A stretch of 64,000 nt of DNA from an uncultured Verrucomicrobiota bacterium (GTDB lineage Bacteria; Verrucomicrobiota; Kiritimatiellia; Kiritimatiellales; Tichowtungiaceae). Under the pieces are notes generated by a model. The model saw only the letters and a list, made by a program, of their open reading frames with translations, was not told where the DNA came from and made no database searches. Each line of letters starts with the position of its first letter. The stretch's first letter is position 1. The stretch covers positions 14,068-78,067 of the forward strand of contig CAYNOR010000006.1 of assembly GCA_964398915.1 (NCBI GenBank), read 5' to 3'. This document shows positions 36,398-44,670 of this stretch, piece by piece. The position numbers and the translations under genes were made by a program.

Positions 36398-36571
36398 TTT
36401 CCAATGTTTGGAAAAGTGCGGGGTAAAAGTTCCGAACATTGGAAAAACATGGTTGCTACCCGCTGGTAGGGACGGTTCGCCGAACTGTCCGCGGCGCGCT
36501 CGGCGAGCACGCCCTACCTTCTTCTTCCAAGCATTGGAAAAGTTGGGCAAAAAGTTCCAAACATTGGAAAA
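36398..36571. repeat. two copies of a composite module made of TTCCAA-N3-TTGGAA type palindromes around a GC-rich imperfect palindrome
   Basis: TTTCCAATGTTTGGAAAAGTgcGGggtAAAAGTTCCGAACATTGGAAAA (36398-36446) versus CTTCCAAGCATTGGAAAAGTtgGGcaAAAAGTTCCAAACATTGGAAAA (36524-36571). Between them lies GGTAGGGACGGTTCGCCGA...TCGGCGAGCACGCCCTACC. Confidence 0.7.
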
Positions 36572-36700
36572 TGAGTCTGTGCGCCGAGCGGCGTTTTCTT
36601 ATTAAAAACCCTATCCAAAAGCGGGATGGACGGCTATTTTCCGGATGTGGAAAAGTTAGACAGACTTTATAACCAAAAGTATCAACAGGAGACATCAGTC

Positions 36701-37552
36701 ATGAGTGCTGAAAAGACAACCAAGCTGACCGTGTTTGAAGGTAAGCATATCCGCAAGGTTCTTCACGGCGGCGAATGGTGGTTTTCGGTTATTGATGTTA
36801 TTGAGGTGCTGGTCGGTGGGGATCGTCCTCGCAAATACTGGAATGACTTGAAGAAGAAGCTGTTACAAGAGGGCTATATTGAACTGTCCGATAAAATCGG
36901 ACAGTTGAAAATGCCAGCACCGGACGGGAAACAACGTCTGACCGACTGCGCTAATACGGAGACGATGTTCCGTATCATCCAGTCCATTCCTTCGCCTAAA
37001 GTCGAGCCGCTCAAACGCTGGCTGGCCCGGGTCGGCAAAGAGCGCATCGACGAGATCGAAAACCCCGAACTGGCTATGGCCCGGATGCAGGAACTTTATG
37101 AAAAGAAGGGCTACCCCAAGGAGTGGATTGATAAGCGGCTGAGGGGCATTGCCGTCCGGCAGGATTTGACCGACGAATGGAAAAACCGGGGTGCCCGAAC
37201 CGCTTTGGAATACGCGCTTCTGACCAACGAGATCATGCAGGGGACTTTTGATCTGAAAGTTGAGGAATATAAGCAGATCAAAAATATCGACCGTGAAAAC
37301 CTGCGCGATCACATGACCGATATTGAGTTGATCCTGACTATGCTGGGTGAGGCGACCACCACGAAAATTCACCGGGATCTTGATTCTCAGGGCTTAATTC
37401 CGCTAACAAAAGATGCCCGGGATGGCGGGGCGGTGGCGGGCAGAACACGGAAGGATATTGAGGCTCAGACCGGCAATCCGGTCATCTCAGCCGGCAACTT
37501 CAAAAAACTGTCCGCAAAGAAGTCGAAAAAGTCGCCTGAGAATGAGGGGTAA
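36701..37552 (+). CDS. Bro-N domain protein (phage antirepressor / DinD-like family)
   Basis: FEGKHIRKVLHGGEWWFSVIDVIEVL (Bro-N), then KRWLARVGKERIDEIENPE...LTDEW...YALLTNEI. AGGAGA lies 7 nt before the ATG at 36701. Confidence 0.7.
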   Translation: MSAEKTTKLTVFEGKHIRKVLHGGEWWFSVIDVIEVLVGGDRPRKYWNDLKKKLLQEGYIELSDKIGQLKMPAPDGKQRLTDCANTETMFRIIQSIPSPKVEPLKRWLARVGKERIDEIENPELAMARMQELYEKKGYPKEWIDKRLRGIAVRQDLTDEWKNRGARTALEYALLTNEIMQGTFDLKVEEYKQIKNIDRENLRDHMTDIELILTMLGEATTTKIHRDLDSQGLIPLTKDARDGGAVAGRTRKDIEAQTGNPVISAGNFKKLSAKKSKKSPENEG

Positions 37553-37779
37553 TGAGAATGAAAGCTTGCTCCTGTTAAGGGTGGAGCGCACGAGCACACG
37601 GCCCGCATGAGAAACGCGCCCAGAGGTCGCGTTCCACCTGCCGTTTTCGTGGCTTTTCGTGTTTTTCGTGGCCATTCCCGGCTTGAGTCTGTTCCATTTT
37701 TCCAAGGGTTGGAAAAATCGGGTTTGGCATCCCCCTTCATTCGTGTACATTCGCGGCCTCTTTTAAAAAAGGAATTCCA

Positions 37780-40700
37780 ATGATTTATAGAATTGAAATC
37801 GGACTGAAACAGGGCGTGCCGGATGCTCGCGGACGCGGCGTGATCGGGCGGGCGAAAAGCGCGCTGGGTATGAAGATCAAGGGTTGCCAGACGCGCGACG
37901 TTTATAAGGTGGACGCCAACATTAAGCGCGCCGAGGCCAAGGCGGTTCAGCTCGGCTTTGCCGACGCCGTGGTCGCCCGTTCCGCTCTCGGTCGCCTGAA
38001 AGCTCCCGGCAGCTTCGATTGGATGCTCGAAATCGGCTTTAAGCCGGGCGTAACTGATAACGTCGGTCGTACCGCCCGCGGCGCGATGGCTGATATTCTC
38101 GGCCGCGAACTGGCGTGGGAGGAACAGGTGTACACCTTAATTCAGTATTTCCTCAAAGGCGACCTGACCCGCGAAGACGTTTTGCATCTCGGCAAAGACC
38201 TGCTGGCCAATACGCTGATTCAAACGATTCAGGTTTTCTCGAAGGAAGAGTGGCTGGCCGCTGAACCGGATATGACCGCGCCGATCTTCGACGACCATCA
38301 GGAAGTCAAAGTTAACGTGATCGAGCTGCCGGACAACGATGCCGCGCTGATGAAGATTTCCAGCGACGGGATTCTATCCCTTTCTCTCGAGGAAATGCGC
38401 GTGATCCGCAACCACTACCTGAGTGACGCTGTGAAAGCGCACCGCGCCGAACTCGGCATGCCCGTCTGGCCGACCGACGTCGAGCTGGAGTGTATCGCCC
38501 AGACCTGGTCGGAGCACTGCTCGCACAAGGTGTTTGCCGGAACGATCGAATACAAAGACGAAGAAACCGGCAAAGAGGAGATCATCAATTCCCTCTACAA
38601 AACCTACGTCAAAGCCTCCACCAAGAAGGTGGCTGAAAAAATCGACTGGCTGGTTTCGGTGTTCACCGACAACGCGGGCGTGATCAAATTTAACGAAGAC
38701 CTCCATCTGGTCTATAAAGTTGAAACCCATAACTCGCCGTCGGCGCTTGATCCGTTCGGCGGATCGATGACCGGCATTGTCGGCGTCAACCGCGACCCGA
38801 TGGGCACCGGCATGGGCGCGCAGCTGGTTTCCAACGTCTGGGGCTACTGCCTCGGCTCGCCGTTCTACGATAAGGAAATTCCTGCCGGGCTGATGCATCC
38901 GCGCCGTATTCGCGACGGCGTACATGCCGGCGTGATTGCGGGCGGCAACGAGTCAGGCATTCCGTGGAGCCGCGGCTTTGAATGTTTTGACGAGCGCTAC
39001 CTAGGCAAGCCGCTGGTTTACTGCGGCACGATGGGAACTCTGCCGGTTAACGTCGGCGGACGGCCTTCCGAACGCAAAGAGGTGCAGGTCGGCGACTGGA
39101 CCGTCATGTGCGGCGGCCGCATCGGCAAAGACGGCATTCACGGCGCGACGTTCTCGTCCGAAGAACTCCGCACCGAATCGCCCGCGCAGGCAGTGCAGAT
39201 CGGCGACCCGCTGACCCAGCGCAAGCTCTACGAATTTCTGATGGAAGCGCGCGATCTCGGCCTTTTCCGCTGTATCACCGATAACGGCGCGGGCGGCATT
39301 TCCTGCTCGTTCGGCGAAATGGGCAAATATTCCGGCGGCTGCGAATGCGAACTCAAAGACGCTCCGCTGAAATACGAAGGGCTCCAGCCGTGGGAAATTC
39401 TGGTTTCCGAAGCGCAGGAACGCATGACGCTGGCCGTTCAGCCCGAATGCCGCAGCGCTTTTGAAGCGTTAGCTAAAAAGCGCGATGTAGAGGTATCCTT
39501 TATGGGTACCTATAACGACAGCGGATATTTTACAGTGAAATATGAAGGCAAGGTCGTCGCCAGTCTCGATATGGATTTCCTCTACGAAACCGGCTGTCCG
39601 AAACTGCACATGAAAGGCGTCTGGAAGAAACCGGAAGTTCCGGCGCCGGAAAAAGCGAAGGGCGGAAACCGCACGAAATCTCTCCGTCAGATGATGGGCC
39701 GACTCAATATCTGCTCTCGCGAATACAAGAGCCGCATCTATGACGGCGAAGTCAAAGGCCTTTCGGTCGTCAAACCGTTTGTCGGCGTCAACGCCGACGT
39801 GCCGTCCGACGCGACCGTCATGCGTATCGAATACAACAAAGATCGCGGCGCGATTCTGGCCGAAGGGATTAATCCGTGGTTTTCCGATATCGACACCTAC
39901 CACATGACGGCGTCAGTTATCGACGAATCCATCCGCCGCGTTATCAGCGTCGGCGGACGGCTTGATCGTATCGCGATTCTCGACAACTTCTGCTGGCCCG
40001 ATCCGGTGCAGTCGCCCAAGACGCCGGACGGTGAATACAAGATGGCTCAGCTCGTCCGCTCCAACAAAGCGCTCTACGACTACACCATTGCGTTTGGCAC
40101 ACCGGCGGTTTCCGGTAAGGACTCCTGCAAGAACGACTCGACGCGCGGCGGAAAGAAAATCTCCATTCCGCCGACACTGCTCATTTCATCCATCGGCCAG
40201 ATCGACGACGTGAAGAAAGCGGTTACCATGCCGCTCAAAGAAACGGGCAGTCTGATCTACATGGTCGGTGTGACGAAAAACGAGCTCGGCGCTTCCGAAT
40301 GGAACCGCATGCTGGCCGAAGAGCAGGGCAATCCGTGGAACTACGGCGGTGACGTGCCGACCGTTGATGCCGCCTCCGCGCTGGCAATTTATCGCGCGAT
40401 GAACAAAGCGCAGGATGAAGGAATTCTGCTTTCGTCGCATACGCCGTCCAAAGGCGGACTGGCGATCGGTTTCGCGCTCATCTGCATGGGCGGCGGACTC
40501 GGTGCAGAAATCGATCTGGCAAAAGTTCCAACACCTGGCAAACGGAAACTCAAAGACGATTCGATTCTCTTCTCGGAATCCAACAGCCGCTTCATCGTTT
40601 CGGTTAAACCTGAAAATGCCGCGAAGTTTGAAGCGCTGTTTTCCGGCCTGCCGGTCGCGCAGATCGGAACCGTCACGGCGGATAAAAAGTTGGTGGTTAA

Positions 40701-40782
40701 AGGGGTCAAAGGCGCGACGCGCATCAACACAGCAATTTCTGATTTGGTGAAGCCTTTCAAAAAGACACTGTACGGAATATAG
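37780..40782 (+). CDS. purL: phosphoribosylformylglycinamidine synthase, PurS-like N-domain fused to PurL
   Basis: 1000 aa, with HNSPSALDPFGGSMTG, DNGAGGISCS and SGKDS. Confidence 0.9.
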   Translation: MIYRIEIGLKQGVPDARGRGVIGRAKSALGMKIKGCQTRDVYKVDANIKRAEAKAVQLGFADAVVARSALGRLKAPGSFDWMLEIGFKPGVTDNVGRTARGAMADILGRELAWEEQVYTLIQYFLKGDLTREDVLHLGKDLLANTLIQTIQVFSKEEWLAAEPDMTAPIFDDHQEVKVNVIELPDNDAALMKISSDGILSLSLEEMRVIRNHYLSDAVKAHRAELGMPVWPTDVELECIAQTWSEHCSHKVFAGTIEYKDEETGKEEIINSLYKTYVKASTKKVAEKIDWLVSVFTDNAGVIKFNEDLHLVYKVETHNSPSALDPFGGSMTGIVGVNRDPMGTGMGAQLVSNVWGYCLGSPFYDKEIPAGLMHPRRIRDGVHAGVIAGGNESGIPWSRGFECFDERYLGKPLVYCGTMGTLPVNVGGRPSERKEVQVGDWTVMCGGRIGKDGIHGATFSSEELRTESPAQAVQIGDPLTQRKLYEFLMEARDLGLFRCITDNGAGGISCSFGEMGKYSGGCECELKDAPLKYEGLQPWEILVSEAQERMTLAVQPECRSAFEALAKKRDVEVSFMGTYNDSGYFTVKYEGKVVASLDMDFLYETGCPKLHMKGVWKKPEVPAPEKAKGGNRTKSLRQMMGRLNICSREYKSRIYDGEVKGLSVVKPFVGVNADVPSDATVMRIEYNKDRGAILAEGINPWFSDIDTYHMTASVIDESIRRVISVGGRLDRIAILDNFCWPDPVQSPKTPDGEYKMAQLVRSNKALYDYTIAFGTPAVSGKDSCKNDSTRGGKKISIPPTLLISSIGQIDDVKKAVTMPLKETGSLIYMVGVTKNELGASEWNRMLAEEQGNPWNYGGDVPTVDAASALAIYRAMNKAQDEGILLSSHTPSKGGLAIGFALICMGGGLGAEIDLAKVPTPGKRKLKDDSILFSESNSRFIVSVKPENAAKFEALFSGLPVAQIGTVTADKKLVVKGVKGATRINTAISDLVKPFKKTLYGI

Positions 40783-40821
40783 GTCGAATAGGGCTTATTT
40801 GATCTATTGAAAGAAGTTCGC

Positions 40822-41382
40822 ATGCACGGCAAAGACGATTTAATTAAGGCGCACGGCGGCTACCGTGATCTGAAGTCGTTTCAGATGTCTGAAATCGTGT
40901 TTGATGGGACCGTGAAGTTTTGCGAGCGCTTCGTGGATCGTTTTTCCCGCACAACGGATCAGATGATTCAGGCCGCCCGATCCGGCAGGCAGAACATCGC
41001 CGAAGGATCGCAGGTCTCCGGAACCTCCAAGAAAACTGAACTGAAGCTGGTCAGTGTGGCTCGCGGCAGTTTGGAAGAACTTCTGCTCGACTACGAAGAT
41101 TTTCTGCGCCAGCGCGAGCTGAAGAAATGGGAGAAAGATTCCAAAGAAGCGTTGTTCGTGCGCAAACTTGGCAAGCAGGAGGATAGGTCTTATAGGACTT
41201 ATAAGACCTATCTCGAGACCCGCCCGGCCGAAGTTTGTGCGAACATCCTGATCTGCCTGATTTATCAGGCCAATTATCTGCTCGACCAGCAGCTCAAAGC
41301 GCTTGAGACGGATTTTCTCGAAGAAGGCGGCTTCACTGAACGCCTTTACAACTCCCGTCGCCGCAAGAGGGGAGATGGATGA
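40822..41382 (+). CDS. four-helix-bundle protein (23S-rRNA-IVS / Avd-like fold) with the four-helix-bundle suffix domain
   Basis: SRTTDQMIQAARSGRQNIAEGS and ARGSLEELLLDYEDFLRQR. Confidence 0.7.
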   Translation: MHGKDDLIKAHGGYRDLKSFQMSEIVFDGTVKFCERFVDRFSRTTDQMIQAARSGRQNIAEGSQVSGTSKKTELKLVSVARGSLEELLLDYEDFLRQRELKKWEKDSKEALFVRKLGKQEDRSYRTYKTYLETRPAEVCANILICLIYQANYLLDQQLKALETDFLEEGGFTERLYNSRRRKRGDG

Positions 41383-41606
41383 ATACTCAGGCACAAGCTG
41401 AAGATATTTGGCAGTACGGCACCTACGAAGGTGAGGAGAAGCTTCGTATGCAGCAGGAGCGAAAACTTTCGCTCGCACAAAAGCTGGATTTGCTGGATGA
41501 AATGATCGACTTCGCCACGAGCACCCACGGCACCCAAATGCTGGTTCGTGAGGATTCTCCCGGTTACGGTACCTTTGCCAAAAAAACAAAATCGGATGAT
41601 TCGTGA
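41379..41606 (+). CDS. hypothetical 75-aa protein
   Basis: ATGA overlap with the upstream gene. It contains SLAQKLDLLDEMIDFA. Confidence 0.4.
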   Translation: MNTQAQAEDIWQYGTYEGEEKLRMQQERKLSLAQKLDLLDEMIDFATSTHGTQMLVREDSPGYGTFAKKTKSDDS

Positions 41607-41842
41607 TGAATAAGGACGTACTCAAGATTCTAAAGCAGGCCTCGCCGGAAGATTTCGACGGACATACGGCGTTTGCGAGAATGACACCCGATCAGCGTCT
41701 AACATGGCTTGAAGAAGCCAATGCCGCCTATTTCGAGCTACACGGACGCGCCGTGCCGGAACTTCGCGTAAAATTGACACCGACCTCGACTCGCTCCGCA
41801 AACCGTTCAAGAAAACGCTCTATGGGATATAGATCTTTTTGA
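41603..41842 (+). CDS. hypothetical 79-aa protein; its 3' end reads through the purL remnant in another frame
   Basis: ATGA overlap with the upstream gene. TPDQRLTWLEEANAAY resembles the motif of the preceding ORF. Confidence 0.35.
   Translation: MMNKDVLKILKQASPEDFDGHTAFARMTPDQRLTWLEEANAAYFELHGRAVPELRVKLTPTSTRSANRSRKRSMGYRSF
41767..41832 (+). pseudogene. remnant of a diverged purL 3' end
   Basis: Translates RKIDTDLDSLRKPFKKTLYGI*, compared with TRINTAISDLVKPFKKTLYGI* at 40720-40782. The last 10 codons encode identical residues but 8 of them differ at synonymous sites. Confidence 0.75.
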
Positions 41843-41908
41843 AGGTTATCGGAGAAGTTATTTGTCTGCTATGAAACACGCCGAAAACACAGAACCAAAA
41901 ATTAATAC

Positions 41909-42169
41909 CTAAATCATATCGAGTGCCATTCGCCGTGTCTCTCTGGCATCGGAGTCGCCAGAAGTTGCAAGTTTATCTACGATGTATGCGAGAGCTTCGG
42001 TATAACCGTATTCGCCGAGCTTTTTCAGTGCGGCACGTCTGGTTTCGCGCGCATCAGAATCGCCGCTTGTCGCGTACTTCATAACAATTCGAAGAAGTTC
42101 TGCACATCTGGTGTCTGCTTCGATCCCGCCAAATTCGACTAACGTGATTCTGGGCATGAAACTCTCCAT
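41909..42169 (-). CDS. small HEAT-like repeat protein
   Basis: Internal duplication ATSGDSDARETRR(A/M)AL, present twice. Confidence 0.45.
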   Translation of the reverse strand: MESFMPRITLVEFGGIEADTRCAELLRIVMKYATSGDSDARETRRAALKKLGEYGYTEALAYIVDKLATSGDSDARETRRMALDMI

Positions 42170-42198
42170 TCTTGTTTCAAAACCGGTGCAGATTAGGA

Positions 42199-42822
42199 CT
42201 ATCTTCGCTTGGAATTCCGCATGACTTTTCTGCCTGCCAAGAGCACACCTGCACCTGAAGCCAAAAGTCCAATAGTCATGGGTTCGGGAATTGCCACTGG
42301 CACATTAATTTGGGCGATTTGGGTTGCTCCTGAGTTAGCAAAACCTTGAATTCCAACCTGCTCTTGACCAATTATTCGATCTGCATCAATCAAAGCACGG
42401 AAATAGTGGAGATCATTTCCTCTGATGGGCTCGTTTCCAGGTAGATTAGCCACCCAAGAATAGTTGCCATTATCTTCGCCGGAACTCCACTTTGTAAAAC
42501 TAGGAAGATCAAAATTATTGTCATAATTGTTATTACTGAAACCATACATTCCTCTTTGTGCTAAATCTGCACCAATAGTTACTTTCCATAAGGCATCTTC
42601 CGTATAATCACCTGCTGGAGGGTCTTGGTTTCTTATTCGCCATTCATACATCAGCTGAATTCCTTCCCGGGCCGTATCCATGTCTTGAGAGTCGTAAACC
42701 GTTGTTTGGATGTAATCAAGATTAAGAACTTTGTCCGCCCGCACCTTCATAGGCACCAAAGCGGCGAGCGCTAGCGCAACCAAAACATTTGAGAACATAA
42801 ACGCGCGAATTGTCTTGTTCAT
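42199..42822 (-). CDS. PEP-CTERM sorting-domain secreted protein
   Basis: Signal peptide MNKTIRAFMFSNVLVALALAALVPMKVRA. The C-terminus reads PEPMTIGLLASGAGVLLAGRKVMRNSKRR. Confidence 0.75.
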   Translation of the reverse strand: MNKTIRAFMFSNVLVALALAALVPMKVRADKVLNLDYIQTTVYDSQDMDTAREGIQLMYEWRIRNQDPPAGDYTEDALWKVTIGADLAQRGMYGFSNNNYDNNFDLPSFTKWSSGEDNGNYSWVANLPGNEPIRGNDLHYFRALIDADRIIGQEQVGIQGFANSGATQIAQINVPVAIPEPMTIGLLASGAGVLLAGRKVMRNSKRR

Positions 42823-43005
42823 AAACGCCCCTCTTTTCTGTTTGCGCAGACGGTAATCACATCTTTTCATCCGGTCAAGTTCAGATCGAGTCAGCACGCA
42901 TGTTCGTCAATAATCACTCTGGTATTTAAGAGTTTACATCCGTTATGTCGGCTGTTATAGCGACGTGGTCTATTGAGCCAAACCTTTGTTTGAAAGGGCT
43001 GCTTT

Positions 43006-44031
43006 ATGGCGACAGAACATTCGTACGACTATATCGTTACTCCTTATCCAGAGTATTGGGCGAAGAAGCTACATGTCGCCTATCCTATTTTATGGGGGCT
43101 TTTTTCCGGAGCTTTGTTTTGTCTGCAACTCGGAACGCTTTTACTTGCCGGTGAAAGAGAGCGTCTGATTTGCAGCTCAGTTTGGCCGTATGTCGCACTC
43201 AGCCTGCTTCCTGCAATCCTGGCGATCACCATAGTCCGGTTTTCAAAAATTCTGGAAGATTTCTCTCCATCTCTTATGTCCTTTGTGACTTGGCCAAAAG
43301 AGAAAGCACTCGACTGGTACTCCGGGCAGGTTCGTAAGATTTTCGATACGCGTCGCATGTGCATCGTCGGCCTTTGTTTCATTTGCAGCCTTCTTTATGT
43401 GACGCTTAACAGCCCCGTTCTGCCCTCCGCCACTGCGCCACGAATTGTTTTTCTGATCATCATGCTGGCGATTCAGTTTTTTGGCGGCGGAATGCTTTAT
43501 GTGATGTGGCACATAGCCCGGATGATCCGGGAGCTCGGACAAATTGATGCGATTAAGATTTCAGTGTACCAGCACCCCATGTCCAGTGTGAAAGCGGTGG
43601 GGGTGTTGATGGCTAAAGTGGCATTCACCATCGTGCTGATTTATCTATTTGGCATTTCGTACAGCATGTTCTGCACGCCGACCAAAGCTGTTTTGGCCAC
43701 GAACTTTATATTCGGCCTGATCGTCTTGTTCTTTTTTATTTTTCCGCAGATGGAGATTCACCGATTGATGGTCAAAGTAAAGCATCAGCGCTTGATACAG
43801 TTTTCCGGTCATTTGGAAAACGCCTTGCAACAGGTTGCAGAGAATCCATCAGGGGAAGCTGCCCAGCATGTCAAGGAGCTGTTTGATATCCAGAATTCTC
43901 TCAATGAAATGGGTGAGTGGCCGTTTAACACCAAAATGTTTATGACCATTTTTACTGGGATAGCCGTTCCCCTACTGGCGGTTCTTCTCCAGATCGCCTG
44001 TCAGTGGATAGAAAAGGTGGTTTCGCCTTAA
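43006..44031 (+). CDS. polytopic membrane protein, function unknown
   Basis: Six to seven hydrophobic segments. I recognised no motif. Confidence 0.5.
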   Translation: MATEHSYDYIVTPYPEYWAKKLHVAYPILWGLFSGALFCLQLGTLLLAGERERLICSSVWPYVALSLLPAILAITIVRFSKILEDFSPSLMSFVTWPKEKALDWYSGQVRKIFDTRRMCIVGLCFICSLLYVTLNSPVLPSATAPRIVFLIIMLAIQFFGGGMLYVMWHIARMIRELGQIDAIKISVYQHPMSSVKAVGVLMAKVAFTIVLIYLFGISYSMFCTPTKAVLATNFIFGLIVLFFFIFPQMEIHRLMVKVKHQRLIQFSGHLENALQQVAENPSGEAAQHVKELFDIQNSLNEMGEWPFNTKMFMTIFTGIAVPLLAVLLQIACQWIEKVVSP

Positions 44032-44052
44032 AATCGTGGCGGGGGATATCAC

Positions 44053-44670
44053 ATGGTACGTCGTTGCACACACATCTATCTGATTCGTCACGGCGAAAGC
44101 ATCCACAATGCGGACAGGAATAGATTTTCGGGAGTAACGGATATCCCCCTCTCCGAGAATGGAAAGAGGCAGTGTGCAGAAATGGCAACCTCACCTCTTT
44201 GGAGTGATATCGACAGCATATGGAGCAGTCCTCTCGAACGGGCTATCGACAGTGCCAAGCTTATTTTCCCGGACAGACAGGATTGCATAGAAACAGTTCC
44301 CAGCCTGATTGAATTTGATTACGGCAAATATGAAGGTAAATTGCCTGCCGAGTTGCCTTCGGACGACCCTGTAACTGTTCAGTGGGAATCGGATCCGACT
44401 CATCTCGCTTTTCCCGGCGGCGGTAACATCTCTGAACATGCTGACAGGGTGTGCGACGATTTGTTGAGATTGCTTGACCGTGCCGGCGACAGCAAGATAG
44501 CTGCCGTTTCCCACCGCACTACAATCCGGCTGTTGATCGCCAAAATCATGCATATTCCTCTACGATATTTCCGCGACATTCCTTGCGAGAATTGTAGCGT
44601 TACCGCGCTGACCTATTGCGACCGAAAATTGTCTCTCAAGAATCTGAATCTTAAACTGAGGTGTATATGA
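44053..44670 (+). CDS. histidine phosphatase (phosphoglycerate-mutase-like / CobC-like) family protein
   Basis: IYLIRHGESIHN catalytic RHG motif, and a later SHRTTIR. Confidence 0.75.
   Translation: MVRRCTHIYLIRHGESIHNADRNRFSGVTDIPLSENGKRQCAEMATSPLWSDIDSIWSSPLERAIDSAKLIFPDRQDCIETVPSLIEFDYGKYEGKLPAELPSDDPVTVQWESDPTHLAFPGGGNISEHADRVCDDLLRLLDRAGDSKIAAVSHRTTIRLLIAKIMHIPLRYFRDIPCENCSVTALTYCDRKLSLKNLNLKLRCI

Larger units (their letters stand above)
40783..41766. other. inserted three-gene cassette between the purL stop and a remnant purL 3' end
   Basis: See the remnant at 41767-41832. Confidence 0.55.

Noticed and set aside
36398-36571. Possible CRISPR array, suggested by the regularly recurring TTCCAA...TTGGAA repeats.
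   Set aside because: There are only four short degenerate palindromes arranged as two composite modules. The spacing is unequal, the repeats are far shorter than CRISPR repeats, and no cas genes are present in the window.
36137-36695. A cluster of six overlapping 67-110 aa ORFs on both strands (FPMFGKV..., SKHWK..., FQCLE...).
   Set aside because: They are translations of the palindromic repeat modules, so the same peptide-like strings appear on both strands. There is no RBS and no coherent domain.
36701-37552. Prophage, suggested by the Bro-N protein.
   Set aside because: It is a single gene. No integrase, capsid, terminase, tail or lysis genes lie nearby.
40822-41382. Diversity-generating retroelement, suggested by the Avd-like four-helix-bundle gene.
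   Set aside because: No reverse transcriptase ORF and no template/variable repeat pair is visible anywhere in the window.
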